Source: the human T2T-CHM13v2.0 reference genome, Homo sapiens
DNA length: 64,000 nt
Assembly: GCF_009914755.1 (NCBI RefSeq)
Contig: NC_060931.1
Reading direction: 5' to 3' (one strand)
The notes below the pieces were generated by a model that saw nothing but the letters and a program-made list of their open reading frames with translations, did not search any database and was not told where the DNA came from. Of the stretch, positions 39,198 through 50,690 are shown one piece after another. How positions within the stretch are numbered: position 1 is the stretch's first letter; each line of letters opens with the position of its first letter. The position numbers and the translations under genes are program-made.

Positions 39198-42100
39198 TGT
39201 GTGTTTCTTAGCAGGGTGAGGCCTGGAGGAAGGTGGTGGAGGATGGGCTGCAGACAGGAAATCTGCATTAACAAAGACAAAGAGGGAAAAGTGTGCCCTG
39301 CAGTCTGCTATTGTAAGCCTGTTGCTTATAATGTCCCAATCCTGGGACCTTCTGCCCCTTTTGGCTGTAGCCATCCCTGCGGGCTATAATCCTACGGCTT
39401 CCAACCAGCCTGCTTGGACGCAGGTGGGAAAGAGGGCTAGGCACCATGCAAGGGATTGCTTACTTCTTTCCTCTGCTCCCACCTCTGCCTCCTGCCATTT
39501 CCCCTGATGTTTTATTGTTTTGGTGGTTGTTCTCACTGATGGTAATAGTTAGAATATTCATTATGTGTTTGGCTTGCTCGTTAGAACTTAAATTCTTTGA
39601 ATTACATCATTTCAATAGAACCAGTACAATATTTCTATACTTGCTCTATCTCCCAGCAGCCAGCATGTACAAATAACAAATGCTATTAATACAGGAAAAC
39701 CTAATGTTCAAGACTGCCAATCAGTCGACAAGGATCTATTAAGTTCCTACAAAGTGTGCAGGGCGGGACTCAGGCAGGCAGCATTGAGGTCTGAAAATGT
39801 TTGGCGGTGTTTGCTTCATCCCTGGAAATCCCTAATAGGAAATAATGGGATGGCACCCAGGAAAGCTCAGACAGCCACAACACCCAGGTGAAAGTAGGGG
39901 TCATTCCAGCTGCCCAGCCTTCCTGACAGCTGGGCTCAGAGCCCTGAATGCAGGACTCACGACTTCCAGCTAACGAAATCTCTGTTTACATCTTCCTGTT
40001 GTTCCACAAGTTACACCAAGGATAGGGACTCTGGGAGTCCACATTTGCTCTGCCGGTTGTTTCTTCCCTATGCTTCCCGGTCCTCAAGCCAGTTTTGCTG
40101 ACAGGCACAGCAAACAGGGAAGCCACAGCACCCACCTGAGGTTCCCGCCTAATGAAATATTAGCATATTATTAACATTAGTGGTGGCACTAATCTCTGGT
40201 TGATTGCAGCCACTCAGGCTAAATGAGCAGGAGGTTTATTTAAAAGAGAAGAGGTAGGGAACTGTGGAAGAAGGGGGTGGGGAGAGGGTGGGTTACACCT
40301 TGGGCCAGGAATAAAAAAATAATCACTTTTCCATCAGAGACAATTAACTCCAAGTCAATATGCAGATCTTAAAATTCCCAGACTGTGTCTTCCTCAGCAT
40401 AGCAATAGATCAAGTCAGGGTTGGGGGAAAGTGTCCTCAGGGTTGGGGGAAACTGTCTACTTTCTGGGATTTCCTTTGCTCAGACCTGAGTACTTGGAAG
40501 AGCTGGCATCCAAGAAGATTTGGCTCCACTCCAAGGACATTATGGCACCCCTGGAGGTGGCCTTGCCCCAGCAGGAGGGATGGGGTGAAAACAAATGGTT
40601 TAGATACCATTGTAGGTGATATTCTTGCACTGTGCTACTAAAAGCAGGTAGAAATGTTTAGAAAGACCCAACTTTCTCCAGCTAGGACCAAGAGAAGTTC
40701 TGGGCAGAGCATTTTTTTTTAAAAATTTCCTGAAGGCTGCTAACATTCAATGGAGGCAGTAAGTAGGAAGACTCACTAACAGAAGCAGATTGGTAGGCTG
40801 GGGACATGCCCCACTGAACAGCTCCCAGTAGTCACGCCACAAAGTCTAGAAGAGTTAAACGCATCTTACCTAAAGGCAGGTCCTGGGAGATATCAGACCC
40901 AGCACAGCTTTAAAAGGAGGAAATCGCATCACAAAGTTTTGCTACACTGAGTGAGCAATCTAGATTTTTGAGTCCTATTTCAGAAAGGTTGGAAGAACCC
41001 CAGAACGAAGGTCTTCTCTCACTAGGAGTTAATATGGGAGCAAACCCCATGCTTTGATTCTGTGGTCTCAACCTTGGTTCCTACCTGGTTTTTCATATTC
41101 AGCAGGGATAGTCTCTTCTCCCGGTGAAGAGGATGAGGAGCCAGAGTATACTACATTGAATACAGTTTTGGTACCAAAGCCTGACTTCTGCCTTCATCTG
41201 TGCATTGCTTTGGGGCCCAGGGCTAGGTGCCAGGGTGCTTGGCTGAGCCCTAATGCTTTGCCCATCCTAGCAGTTGTTGGTGCGGGCAACAGGCCCACAC
41301 TGCCTCAGAAGAATGATCTGGGGAAGAAGATCTGGAAAAGCTACAGGGAGGCAGTTCTGGAAGCAATGGGACAAAGGATAAGCCAGCTTTGCCTCAGGTA
41401 GAGCTCTCAACCAGAGACCACCTTGGCTCTGCATCTCATCAATAATTATTGAGACCCAGCTTTATGCAAGCTTCCGTACTAAGTGCTGAATACTGATGTG
41501 CGATCTTGAAATTTCAACCTGAAATACAAATTACTTACAAGTGAAAGGAAGGATGATCCATGTTAAAAGGAGAGAGGGGATCATAGGGGAGAACACCTAG
41601 AGTGTCAATTAGTACTTGGAGAATCCTGTTGTCTCAAAGGAAGACATAGTGGTTAAGGGCAGGTCTCTTCACCACACAGAGCTTGGAAAAGAGAAGAGAG
41701 CAATTGCTTGAATAGAATAGGAATGCCCTTTGTTCACCTGGCTGGTTCCTAAGTGTGTTTCAAAACTGCTTGCAAGTCACTGTTAGACATTGCCCTTCTA
41801 AGATCTGGTTGCACACGACACATCCTCCATCTTCCATAGCATTTGTCCCACACCAGCAGACTTCCTTGCCTCTCACCCTCATCTGTCAGTTCATTGAGGG
41901 CAGGGGCCATGTCTGATTAGCCCCGTGTCTAGCATAATCACAGGCACCCAGGAGGTACTTGGATGGGAGAGTGTCCTGGCCGTGACATTTGGCATATTTT
42001 TCTTGCTTCTTCAGCTGGTTCAATAAATGTTTGTTAACTGACTAAGTGATAGGAAAGAAAGATGCACAGACAGATTTGACTAGAGGGAAGTAAGAGAGGG

Positions 42101-42285
42101 AGTGAGCACAAAAATCTAGGAAGAGTGGATGGGGAGGACCAGAGAATGTGCCTGCTCAGAGTCCCTGCTGATGAAAACAGGCTCTGGCCAGCCCTTCTCC
42201 TGGAGGCCCAGAGTCCCACCACCATTAACTTGAGGCTGGGTGGGCTCAGGGCTCCCGATGTGCCCCCTGCCCTCCCTTCACTCAC

Positions 42286-42455
42286 CAATTGCTCTTCCAG
42301 GTATGGCGGACGTGCGGGTCATGAATGCCATGTTTATCAGCCTGCTCATCCAGGAAGTCAAACATGTACTTGATGGCCAGGGGCAGGGCAGAGCCACGGT
42401 GTGCCGTGCTGAAGATGGTCTCAAAGAGGTCATCCACAAACTTCTGCAGTGTGCC
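42286..42455 (-). CDS. PLXNA4: Plexin-A4 coding exon (probably 29), 170 nt: [56 protein letters not shown](C)
   Basis: tccAG| acceptor and TG|GTGAGT donor; C2 GAP segment motifs; phase 0 in, phase 2 out. Confidence 0.97.
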
Positions 42456-42955
42456 CTGGAGAGGCAGGATACGTCCAGACACAGCTCAACTCATGTAGTT
42501 CTGAGGATGGCTTTTAAAACCTGCCTCACAGACCTAGGCAGGGGAGGATGGTATACAGCCCACCCTACTTGGGTAAAATTGGGTAAGTCCATGCATTAAA
42601 TCATTTTTTCCCATTTCATCTGTCTCTAACAGCTTTAAATTTCCCCTGCACATGGAAAAGAGATATAACACTGATGACTGGACCTACGTAAGGCTTCCTC
42701 TGCCAACAACACGGTTTGGTTGAACACCCTCTGGCAGTGTTATTTTAGCACTTTTCACAAATGCTAATGAACACTCACTTGGTCAGAGCAGACAAACACA
42801 ATCTGCTGGCTTTGTTTGGGCATTACTCACACTGGCTAATGAACAGTGACTCACTTGGCTCTGCAGAGAGCAGAGCTGAGCCCAGTCTCAGGAGTGAAAG
42901 ACTAGCACTGCAGGCAAGCAACGTCCCCAGAACCAGGATTAGAAATGGTGCCGGA

Positions 42956-43351
<396 letters not shown>

Positions 43352-43675
43352 TCATTCTTTTATAAGGCATGGCAGAAGAATGTGAAAAGAGGCAGTTAGA
43401 GTCTCAGTATTTCAGAAGGGCATGGAGAAGGGGTAGAAACAAATCTTCAGATTGCATGCCAACACTGATGTATTGGCAGGGTTTGCCTGGAGTTCTGGAT
43501 TGAGAAGGATTCTGAGGTTCGGTACGGGGAATGGTCAGCAGTGCCTCCTGGGGTGGGTAATAGAGTGGGCACCAGCATGAATGCTGGGTACTGGCTACTC
43601 TGGCATTTCTGTGGGCTGATGAAGTCCCTCTCCATAGCCTCTGGGCTCCCTGCACCCAGTTCTCAAGTCTGATAC

Positions 43676-43866
43676 CTTAGTGGCCAGGAGTCGGGTCAGG
43701 TAGATTTCAGACACCATCTTGCTCCCCCGGTCCCCCTCCTTCTGGTCTCCGTGCTCGTGGTTCTTCACTAGGTGCCACATCTTGACTCCACTCTCCAGGT
43801 CAGGAGTGATCATAGGTGTCCGTGAGCGGAGGCTGTCGGGGCTGCCCGTGTACCGGATCATGTTTT
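43676..43866 (-). CDS. PLXNA4: Plexin-A4 coding exon (probably 28), 191 nt: (E)[63 protein letters not shown]
   Basis: ggcAG| acceptor and AAG|GTATCA donor; plexin WHLVK and EIYLTRLL motifs. Confidence 0.97.
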
Positions 43867-45065
43867 CTGCCAAGGCAAGGATCACCCCCCGACATATGTG
43901 AGGCCACACAGCCTTAGCCCATCACTTACCATGCATCCCTTGCTCCGGCAGAAGCCAATGACTGTCTGATCATTCCTGCCATTGGTCGGTGCTGTCACCT
44001 TGCCTTGGTTTGGTGCATTCCCTGAAACTGGGATGCCTTTCTCACCACCTCCAGGAAACTATCTGTGGCTAATTCTACCCACTCAGATCTCCCCCTTCTT
44101 CCTGTACTCTGCATCGTGTCAACCCTTAATTATTCAATTTGTAAAAATATAAGCCTGTACTTTTTTAATGCTTTTCCTTGTAAGAGTTCTCAAGTCACGT
44201 CTCAGGATGTGTTCTGTGCAGCCAATTAAGTACATACTTAAGAGCAGGTAGCCTGTCTCCCTCAATAACCGCTGATCGGATGAGTAATCACTGGGTAACC
44301 TGCTCACCTTCGTCTGTCCTCCCCTCTGGCCTGCGCCAATTATTCCTGTTTATTTGCTGAAATTCCTGCCAGTGTTTGTGAAGTGTTGTGAAATGAGTAC
44401 TGAGCAGGAAAAAGAAATGGCAGTCCTACTGTGTGCAGGCACTATTCTCTGTATTCATCTATTTATTATCTAGAACGATCCTGTTCAGTCGGTAGATTTT
44501 TCAGTCTCTTCTTCTGGTAAATAAATAAATAACCAAGGCTCATAGTGGTCAGATGACTAGCCCCGAAGCACACAGATAGGGCAGAACAGGGCTTCTTCTG
44601 GCTTCTACCCCACCTCCAGCACCCTCTCCTCACCACTGCAGAGCCTCGCACCTGGTCTGTACCTGCACTCCACTGTAAAATAACAGTGGCTCTTACAAAT
44701 CATTTAGCCTCTGTGCACCTGAGTTATAATGTACTAATCTGCATAATAGGGGGAAATAATAATTATTTAATTCACTAGATTGTTATGAACATGATGTGAG
44801 ATAATAGCTATCACACAGCCTGGAAGACATTCATGAAAGTTGGCTTTACTTCTTTTGCTCGTGGATGAAGGTCTTGCTTATGCATCAGAGTGCCCGACTG
44901 AAACCAGGGTCCTCTTCCCCCACCTGGCTCTCTTCCCCGATGGTCAGCCTGCCTGATGCCCCATCTCCCCTCTCCAAGAGTCTCCTGCCTTCTGGCTATG
45001 CTGCTGTCATGACAACAGCTGCTCAGGACACCCGGGCCTCCCTAGGACACTCGGTGGGATCTTAC

Positions 45066-45165
45066 CATATTTACTTGCTGAGGTCCTGGAGACGGTGGAG
45101 TTGTTCACTGCGTTATAGGCTGTCACCTGCTTGGACACTAATGCCACCACGGAACCATCTGGCAC
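45066..45165 (-). CDS. PLXNA4: Plexin-A4 coding exon (probably 27), 100 nt: VPDGSVVALVSKQVTAYNAVNNSTVSRTSASKY
   Basis: tgtAG| acceptor and G|GTAAGA donor; continues the frame from AHYQ into VPDGS; phase 0 in, phase 1 out. Confidence 0.95.
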
Positions 45166-45708
45166 CTACAGGGAAAAAGCTTCTCAGGGCCTAGGCACAG
45201 CAGCTCTGCCACTCCAGGAAATAAGGACAAATCATGATGAACTTGGCACTAAGGGGAAATTGGTGCCTTGCTGGAGAACTAGGGGACTTTGGAGGCTGTC
45301 AGCTTTCCTTGGAGCAGAACAAGACACAGATCTGGATACTGACAAGTATTCTGTTTTGTGGCTTCTCTTGGAGTAACTTCTGGCAAGAGCTCCTCCCTAG
45401 CATTCTCAATCCCAGTGCTTCCCTGGAAGATGACCCAGCCTTAAATGCCCAGAGGAACTTCTCAGGAGAGCCTTCCCTGGGGACTCTGCCCATGCCCTGC
45501 AGAAAGTGTGCATGTCAGGATGCTATCTCCAAAGAGGTCAGGGTTTCCTGGTTTCTTGGCTGGGAGACACCAATTTCCTCTGGATCACTAAGGGAACATG
45601 GAGTGCTGGTGAGGGGCTTGGTGTCTACCCCTGTTATTCCAGGGCAATGATTTCCAGGGCAAGGGACTTGTAGTTGGCTAGCTCCTCCCCTTTCCACATT
45701 CCCCTCAC

Positions 45709-45812
45709 CTGGTAGTGGGCCAGTGTGTTCAGTCGCTTCCAATCATTCTCAATCTTGGTGGTGATGTCTTCATCCTGCAAGATCATCCTTGCCCCACTTC
45801 CTTGTCGCCACT
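45709..45812 (-). CDS. PLXNA4: Plexin-A4 coding exon (probably 26), 104 nt: (E)[37 protein letters not shown]
   Basis: ggcAG| acceptor and CAG|GTGAGG donor; [10 protein letters not shown] motif; phase 1 in, phase 0 out. Confidence 0.97.
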
Positions 45813-48346
45813 CTGCCAAAAGAGCGGTGGCATCTCAGAGAGGCCCTATGACCCCTCTTGTGGGGAAGCTGTGGACCCTGTGTAGGTACCTATGCAGTGC
45901 TAGCTCAAGGGTGTGTCCATTGCAAGTGCTAGCACATGCTCCTGCGAAAATGGAGTGCCAAAGCTCTCAACGCAGAGAGGCCCTGAGTTCCAGTTCTGGT
46001 TCTAAGCCCAACAAACTATGTGACCAAAATGTGGCTAACATCACTTATCCACCCTTGCCCATCTGCTTGCTGTGAATGGCTACATCTGTAAAAAGTAGGT
46101 GCTCAAAAAGTATTGGCCAAACAAAAGAGGCACATAATAAAACACTAAGTTTTGACAAAGCATGAGGCAAATGCAAAGTGGCATAGTTGTGGTAGCGTGA
46201 CTTGTTTGGAAGCTCTTAGAGCTGATGAAATCAAGGCTGTAGGCTCAGTCACTGAACAGCCCCAGACCTGTTCCAGGGGTGTATCCTACAGGGTGAAACT
46301 GGCAGGTGTGTCACCCTTGTCAGGGAGATTGGGTCAAAGAGTGTGGAAAAAATCAGCAAAACCCATTCTCACGCCCATGAACATCCCATTCCCTGCAAAG
46401 TTTATGTAAATGATATCAACGTTGTAATCTATCCAACACCTAATTGTTTGATGTTACAAGGATATATTTACATCCCCATATTATTCTCATGGGTCCAAAC
46501 ACCTACAATACATGGGCTTACTGATGGATCACACATGGAAATGGGAGGCTGTTTCTCATCAACCAAATCCCCACCACCATACTTGGTACAAATCACGTGT
46601 AGGTGGAGAAGTGCACATTCTTATCTCGAAATGTACACACATGAAAATCCATGTGCATGTCAGACACACATAAATTCATGCAGCACACACATGTATGAGC
46701 TCACGCATCCACACATACCATTCTCATGGACATATACCAGAAAGGAAAAACAGCCTCTTAAATTCAAATGCAACGTGTGTTCCAGCCAAGAAGCCAGACG
46801 TTTGGTTTCCAGGCAGCCCAGATCCTGCTCAATGCCTCTCAGATGCTGATACTTCTGAAATGTGCAAAGAATGCTGGGCTCGTTCAGAGTGTCGTTAGTT
46901 GCTGGATTAAGTGGCCTGGCAGTCACTGCTTGACCCACCAGGGATTTCTTCCTATGTCTCACAGAGCCACATGTTCAGATTCTCTTCCTCGTTTCCCTCC
47001 TGCCAAGGCTGGTCCATGACCAGCCACATTTGTGGCAGAGAGCACCAATTCCTCCCTGCATTGTGTATTTGTTGTGGTCTGTGCTGCCAACCCCATTTCA
47101 CAGATGGCATGCCCTTTGGAATAGCAGAGATGCTCCTAAAATCTAAGCCCCTTGCCTCCAGTCCCTGGGGCTCCAGTCCCTGGGGCTTCCCTGCTGCCTG
47201 ATTTACAGCTTAGCATCATGTCAGGTGGTCAAAGGAATGAAAGCATAGGGACTACATGCTTGTTTACTGGAGCAAGAAGTCTCTGGGGACCATCCATCCC
47301 TTAGTCCTGTGGATGTCACAGCTGGGATTGCTCATGGTGATTATGGTCTGGGGTGGTTAGACTAATAGGCAAAAGGGAAAATGCCTCACTGAGGTATCTG
47401 GTCACTAGCGTTTTTGCTTGTTATTGTGTTGTTTTTTTCTTCAGTTTTTTTGTTTTGTTTTTTATTTTATGGAGGTATGCATGCATGCACTTTTGAGTGG
47501 TTGGAGCAAAGGAAGAGGAATCTCTCCAAGCTGGCCAGACAGCTGATGTGCTGTGCAGTTGGATGCTGGTGGACACCAGTCTGGGTTGGGGAGTATACGG
47601 CAGTGAGCCTCCCCCACTTGCATGGTGAGTGGCACCTGGTTAAGTCAGAGGCTACATAGGGGTGGAGGAACAGCTTTGGGGCACAACAAAAAAAAGGAGC
47701 CAGCATTCTGCTTTCCTCATATTTAGGGTAGGGAGAGGGATGCAATGAACTCAGCTCTGGACACTAAGTCCTCTGGCTGGGCCCAAGGGAGTCTCCTCCA
47801 CTGAAGTGACCATGGGGCTTGCTAGGACTAGAAGGAGAAGGTGCCAGTGGAGAGACAGCCCTCTAGCTTAGCAACTGCAAGGGCACTGCTTGCTGATAAA
47901 GAATTGTAGCACATCTCAGGAGCATCTGAATGAATAAACCACATGGCCTGGCCAACTAGGCAATGACAGTTGGTGACTGATTCTGGGCTCCAGGGCAGGT
48001 CTTCCACCATGATGCACAATTCCCCTTAGAGCTGTGCAGTGCACAGCCTGGGCGGCCATACTCAACAACCCTGGCTGAGTCATGCCCGGAAATTATGAGA
48101 ATGAGAGTCCACCTACCTCCATGCCCCTATCCAAAAAGACTGGGTAGAGCATGGTCATGTCTCCTTGGGAATTATCTCAAAAAGTCAGGAATGTTTTCCC
48201 AAAAGCCAATATGGAGAGAGGGGGCTGGAATCAAGGAGTACACTTAGCTTGCTTTTAGATCTCTCAAGCCTATTATTTTGTTATGTCCTAGACAGAAAAA
48301 AATTGCTATGTGCTTTTTTTCTGAAATATCAGAAAGGTGAAAGAAT

Positions 48347-48955
48347 AAGAAGAAAGGAGAAAGAAGAAGAGAAGGAAGAAGACGAAGAGGAAAAAGAGGA
48401 GAAGAGGATGAAGAGGAAGAAGAAGGAGGAGGAGGAAGAAGAAGGAGGAGGAGGAGGAAGAAGAAGGAGGAGGAGGAAGAAGAAGGAGGAGGAGGAAGAA
48501 GGAGGAGGAGGAGGAAGAAGGAGGAGGAGGAGGAAGAAGAAGGAGGAGGAGGAGAAAGGAGGAGGAGGAGGAGAAAGGAGGAGGAGGAGGAGGAAGGAGG
48601 AGGAGGAAGAAGAAGGAGGAGGAGGAGAAAGGAGGAGGAGGAGGAGAAAGGAGGAGGAGGAGGAGAAAGGAGGAGGAGGAGGAGGAAGGAGGAGGAGGAG
48701 GAAGAAGAAGGAGGAGGAGGAGGAGAAAGGAGGAGGAGGAGGAAGAAGAAGGAGGAGGAGGAGGAGAAAGGAGGAGGAGGAGGAGAAAGGAGGAGGAGGA
48801 GAAAGGAGGAGGAGGAGAAAGGAGGAGGAGGAGAAAGGAGGAGGAGGAGAAAGGAGGAGGAGGAGAAAGGAGGAGGAGGAGAAAGGAGGAGAGGGAGAGG
48901 GAGGGGGAGAAGGGGAAGGAGAGGAAGGAGAGGAAGAAGAGGAAGAAGAAGAAAG
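48347..48955. repeat. ~610-nt homopurine (GGA/GAA)n tract
   Basis: Only two pyrimidines in 609 nt; pure A/G from 48410 to 48955. Confidence 0.97.
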
Positions 48956-50224
48956 TAGTAGTTGAAATTGTTGTTTTGTAGCATCTACAACTTAGTCCTG
49001 ATGAAAGAGAGCCCAGACTGACGGGCAGCTGGTGTGGGCAGCTCCATCCCTGAGGCTTTCAGGAAAGAAGCAAGGATCACAAGAAGCCTACCCAGCTGAA
49101 CCCAGAATGGAGGAGAGAGGGTGGAGTATAACTGGCGGGCAGCCCCACATTCCCTGGCATAGAATAATTCAAGTAGGCTGACAAGGAAAGCCACTCCTTA
49201 ATGTCACTCTTCTCTACCCAAATTCCTTACTTTTACCCTGTTGGCCAGAACCCACTTTCACTTCCATACTTACCTGCCCTCCTTCCTTTCCTGAAACCCC
49301 TTCTTCAGGCCAGTTATGGTCTCTATTTTCCCTAGGCTCATCACGGAATGTCTCAAGAAGATCAGATAGTGGGCATGGGCTCAGCTTTCTGGAGCGCTCT
49401 TGCACGACTTCCTGACCTTCTCTCAATAGAAATCTGAGCCATAGAGCTCTACTGAGTAAAGCAGGGGCCAGGAAAAGCCAAGGTCAAAGGCCATCGCAGG
49501 TGGCTTCCCTCTAGCCCAGGAACAGTGCCCTCTCCTAAGCTGCATGGCTGGGCTCATAAAATCTCATCCCCACCCCAGAAGTAAAGATCCCAAGGTCAGG
49601 TTGAGTCAGCTGAGGATGAGACAGCCCTGCCACCTTAGATATGAAGGCCAGCACCCTGGTCCCCTCACGGTGTGCACGACTGGCTGAATCAGCCTCAGGA
49701 GGCCCTCTGTGAGGGCGGTATCTAATTTTGTGCTGTGTTGCATATTCAGTGTGTGCTTAGTTTTAATAACAGTAATGAAAATAAATAGAACCCAGGTCCC
49801 CCAGTGCTTGATCCAGCCCTCTTTTCACCAGATGGGCTCCTTCTGTCTTGCCTATAAAAAATGTCACTAAAAATATCTCTCTTTTGAGTCTCTACCTTGC
49901 TCCGTAGGAGGTGACCACATTAGGACAGCCAAGAGGCAATGTCGTAGCTCAGCCAATGGCCAGCATCCTCCCGTGAAGGCTGAGCCTCTTGGGCATTTTT
50001 TGCCTGCCTGTGGGGCACAGTGAGAAGCTGGAAAATACCTCCCAGGCATCAAATGCTATGAGATGCTGAGCTCAGAGAGAGCTGTAGCAAATCCTGGGGC
50101 AGAGTGACTCCTCACAAACACCTTCTCCTACAAAAGAGGACACCTACAGTCCCATCTCACAAGATGCATCTCCTGCAGTCTCTGTGGTGAGAATCCAGGT
50201 CCAGGAGGTGTTGCAGCTCCACGC

Positions 50225-50690
50225 TCACTCATTCATCAAAGAACACTTGCCATGTGCCCCCAGTGTGCTGGGCATGGCCAACTGGGCATGAGAGGTAGTT
50301 AAACAGGGAAACGGGATAAAACATAAGCCCTTGCCCTTGAAGACTCCTTGTGTGGAGAGGCTGTGCAAGAGCCTGCTGGTCAGGGCAGGGGTGAGACAGG
50401 GAAGAGGAGCTATGGGGAGCTGGTGGGAAAGGGCTGCCCAGGTTAAATTGTGAAGGATGAGTAGGCGTTCACTGGCTGGCCAGGGGGACAAGTGTTCTGG
50501 TCCAAAGGTGGCACTCATGTTGTAGTTCTAGGGATCGATGAGTCTGAGCAGGAGAAAGTTGAGAGGCTGGAGAGGTGTAGGGAGGTCAGGAGCTAAGTTA
50601 AGAAAGATCCAGCATGCCATGCCAAGGTGTCTGGAGCTGAGCTGAGGCCAGGGAGACAGAGCGGGGAGGGGATAAGGAGAGGAGAGCATT
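50225..50690 (-). mobile_element. L2 fragment
   Basis: tcactcattcatcaaagaacacttgccatgtgcc..gtgctggg resembles the reverse-complemented L2 3' end; boundaries approximate. Confidence 0.5.

Noticed and set aside
48165-48984. 266-aa (+) E/K/R/G-rich and 246-aa (-) L/P/S-rich ORFs
   Set aside because: Both are translations of the GGA/GAA simple repeat, which lacks stop codons by composition.
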